From assembly GCA_038252165.1 (NCBI GenBank), contig JBBSAP010000006.1, positions 4,675-68,674 of the forward strand: 64,000 bases of DNA. Reading direction: 5' to 3'. The DNA comes from Bacteroidales bacterium (GTDB taxonomy: Bacteria; Bacteroidota; Bacteroidia; Bacteroidales; VadinHA17). Shown here piece by piece: positions 63,105 to 64,000 of this stretch (position 1 is its first letter; each line of letters opens with the position of its first letter). A program made the translations under genes and the position numbers. Below the pieces are notes generated by a model. It was not told where the DNA came from and did not search any database. It saw only the letters and a list, made by a program, of their open reading frames with translations.

Positions 63105-64000
63105 ATGAATAAGTTGTTATATTTCAGAAAGCTATGGTTTATCCTGTTGATACTCGTATTCCGGAGCCTTTTTATATGTGCCCAGAATTATGTAGTGCCT
63201 CTGTATAAAGGTGAAATTCCAAATTCGAAAAATAACGGTACAGTAGAAAAAGTATCAAGCAAAGATATTATCGGCATCAGTAGTGTCCAGATCCCGGATA
63301 TTTCAGTTTTTCTCCCAACGAAAAGGTACTCTACAGGCCAGGCAGTAATAATTTGTCCTGGTGGCGGATACTGGGCCCTCGCCTATGACCTTGAAGGAAC
63401 CGATATTGCTAAGTATTTAAATACAATCGGAGTCGCAGGCATAGTTCTGAAATACAGGTTGCCTACCTATGGGAATGTTGTTGAACCACATAAAGCACCA
63501 TTGATGGATGCTCAACGTGCAATGCGACTTGTGAGATTTAATGCCCGTAAATGGAACCTCGATACTGCTAAAATCGGTATAATGGGTTTCTCTGCAGGGG
63601 GGCATCTTGCATCTACATTGGGAACACATTTTGACTACGGTAATAAAACCTCTTCTGATTCAATTGAAAAGATAAGCTGTCGACCTGACTTTATGATACT
63701 GATGTACCCTGTAATTACATTCACTGCACCTTCGATGCACAAAGGTTCAAGGGATGCTTTACTCGGAAAAGATCCTGATGCAGATCTTGTAAAATTATAC
63801 TCTAACGAATTGCAGGTAAAAGAAGACACCCCGCCGGCATTTTTTGTTCATGCCGATAATGACACAGGAGTCCCGGTTGAAAATACACTGTTAATGTATG
63901 AAGCACTCAGGAAGAAAAAAATATCTGCCGAGTTGCATATTTTGTCTGAGGGCAATCATGGTTTTGGTCTGGGATTAATGAATAATCATGTTGCATCATG
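63105..64000 (+). CDS. Secreted alpha/beta hydrolase (carbohydrate esterase-like), runs off the window
   Basis: Own translation: MNKLLYF..., ICPGGGY, GIMGFSAGGHLAS, RPDFMILMYPVI, GNHGFG; not in the ORF track because no stop lies in the window. Confidence 0.88.
   Translation, partial: MNKLLYFRKLWFILLILVFRSLFICAQNYVVPLYKGEIPNSKNNGTVEKVSSKDIIGISSVQIPDISVFLPTKRYSTGQAVIICPGGGYWALAYDLEGTDIAKYLNTIGVAGIVLKYRLPTYGNVVEPHKAPLMDAQRAMRLVRFNARKWNLDTAKIGIMGFSAGGHLASTLGTHFDYGNKTSSDSIEKISCRPDFMILMYPVITFTAPSMHKGSRDALLGKDPDADLVKLYSNELQVKEDTPPAFFVHADNDTGVPVENTLLMYEALRKKKISAELHILSEGNHGFGLGLMNNHVAS

Overview
Bacteroidota (Bacteroidales-like) chromosomal window, judged from TAnnTTTG promoters, AT-rich leaders and gene content. 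It has three blocks. (1) About 1-15.3 kb is housekeeping: SpoIIE phosphatase, der, era, rluB-like, glmM, a MacA/MacB-permease/TolC trio, secDF, tatA and lolD. Its intergenic gaps carry three repeat-built hairpin elements. (2) About 15.5-40.7 kb is an all-plus-strand, apparently acquired energy/stress island. It begins at a decayed-plus-intact TIGR02757 gene pair and holds pgm, pyk, glgP, gndA, ackA, phosphoketolase, a class I FBP aldolase, three USPs and a complete Na+-motif N-ATPase operon. Two of its promoters share a phased TGTAA motif, and it contains several deletion scars (baeRF3, HAD, rpiB). (3) About 41-64 kb is a DeoR-associated sugar catabolic locus with no SusC/D in view. It combines a class III PLP aminotransferase, Gfo/Idh/MocA dehydrogenase, L-fucose-isomerase-like protein, FGGY kinase, DhnA/LsrF-type aldolase, FucP-type transporter and many secreted hydrolases of unclear family. 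This is the best candidate for an undescribed (amino-sugar/aminopolyol) pathway. No rRNA, tRNA, CRISPR or integrase was seen. All calls are by-eye motif recognition; no database search was run.
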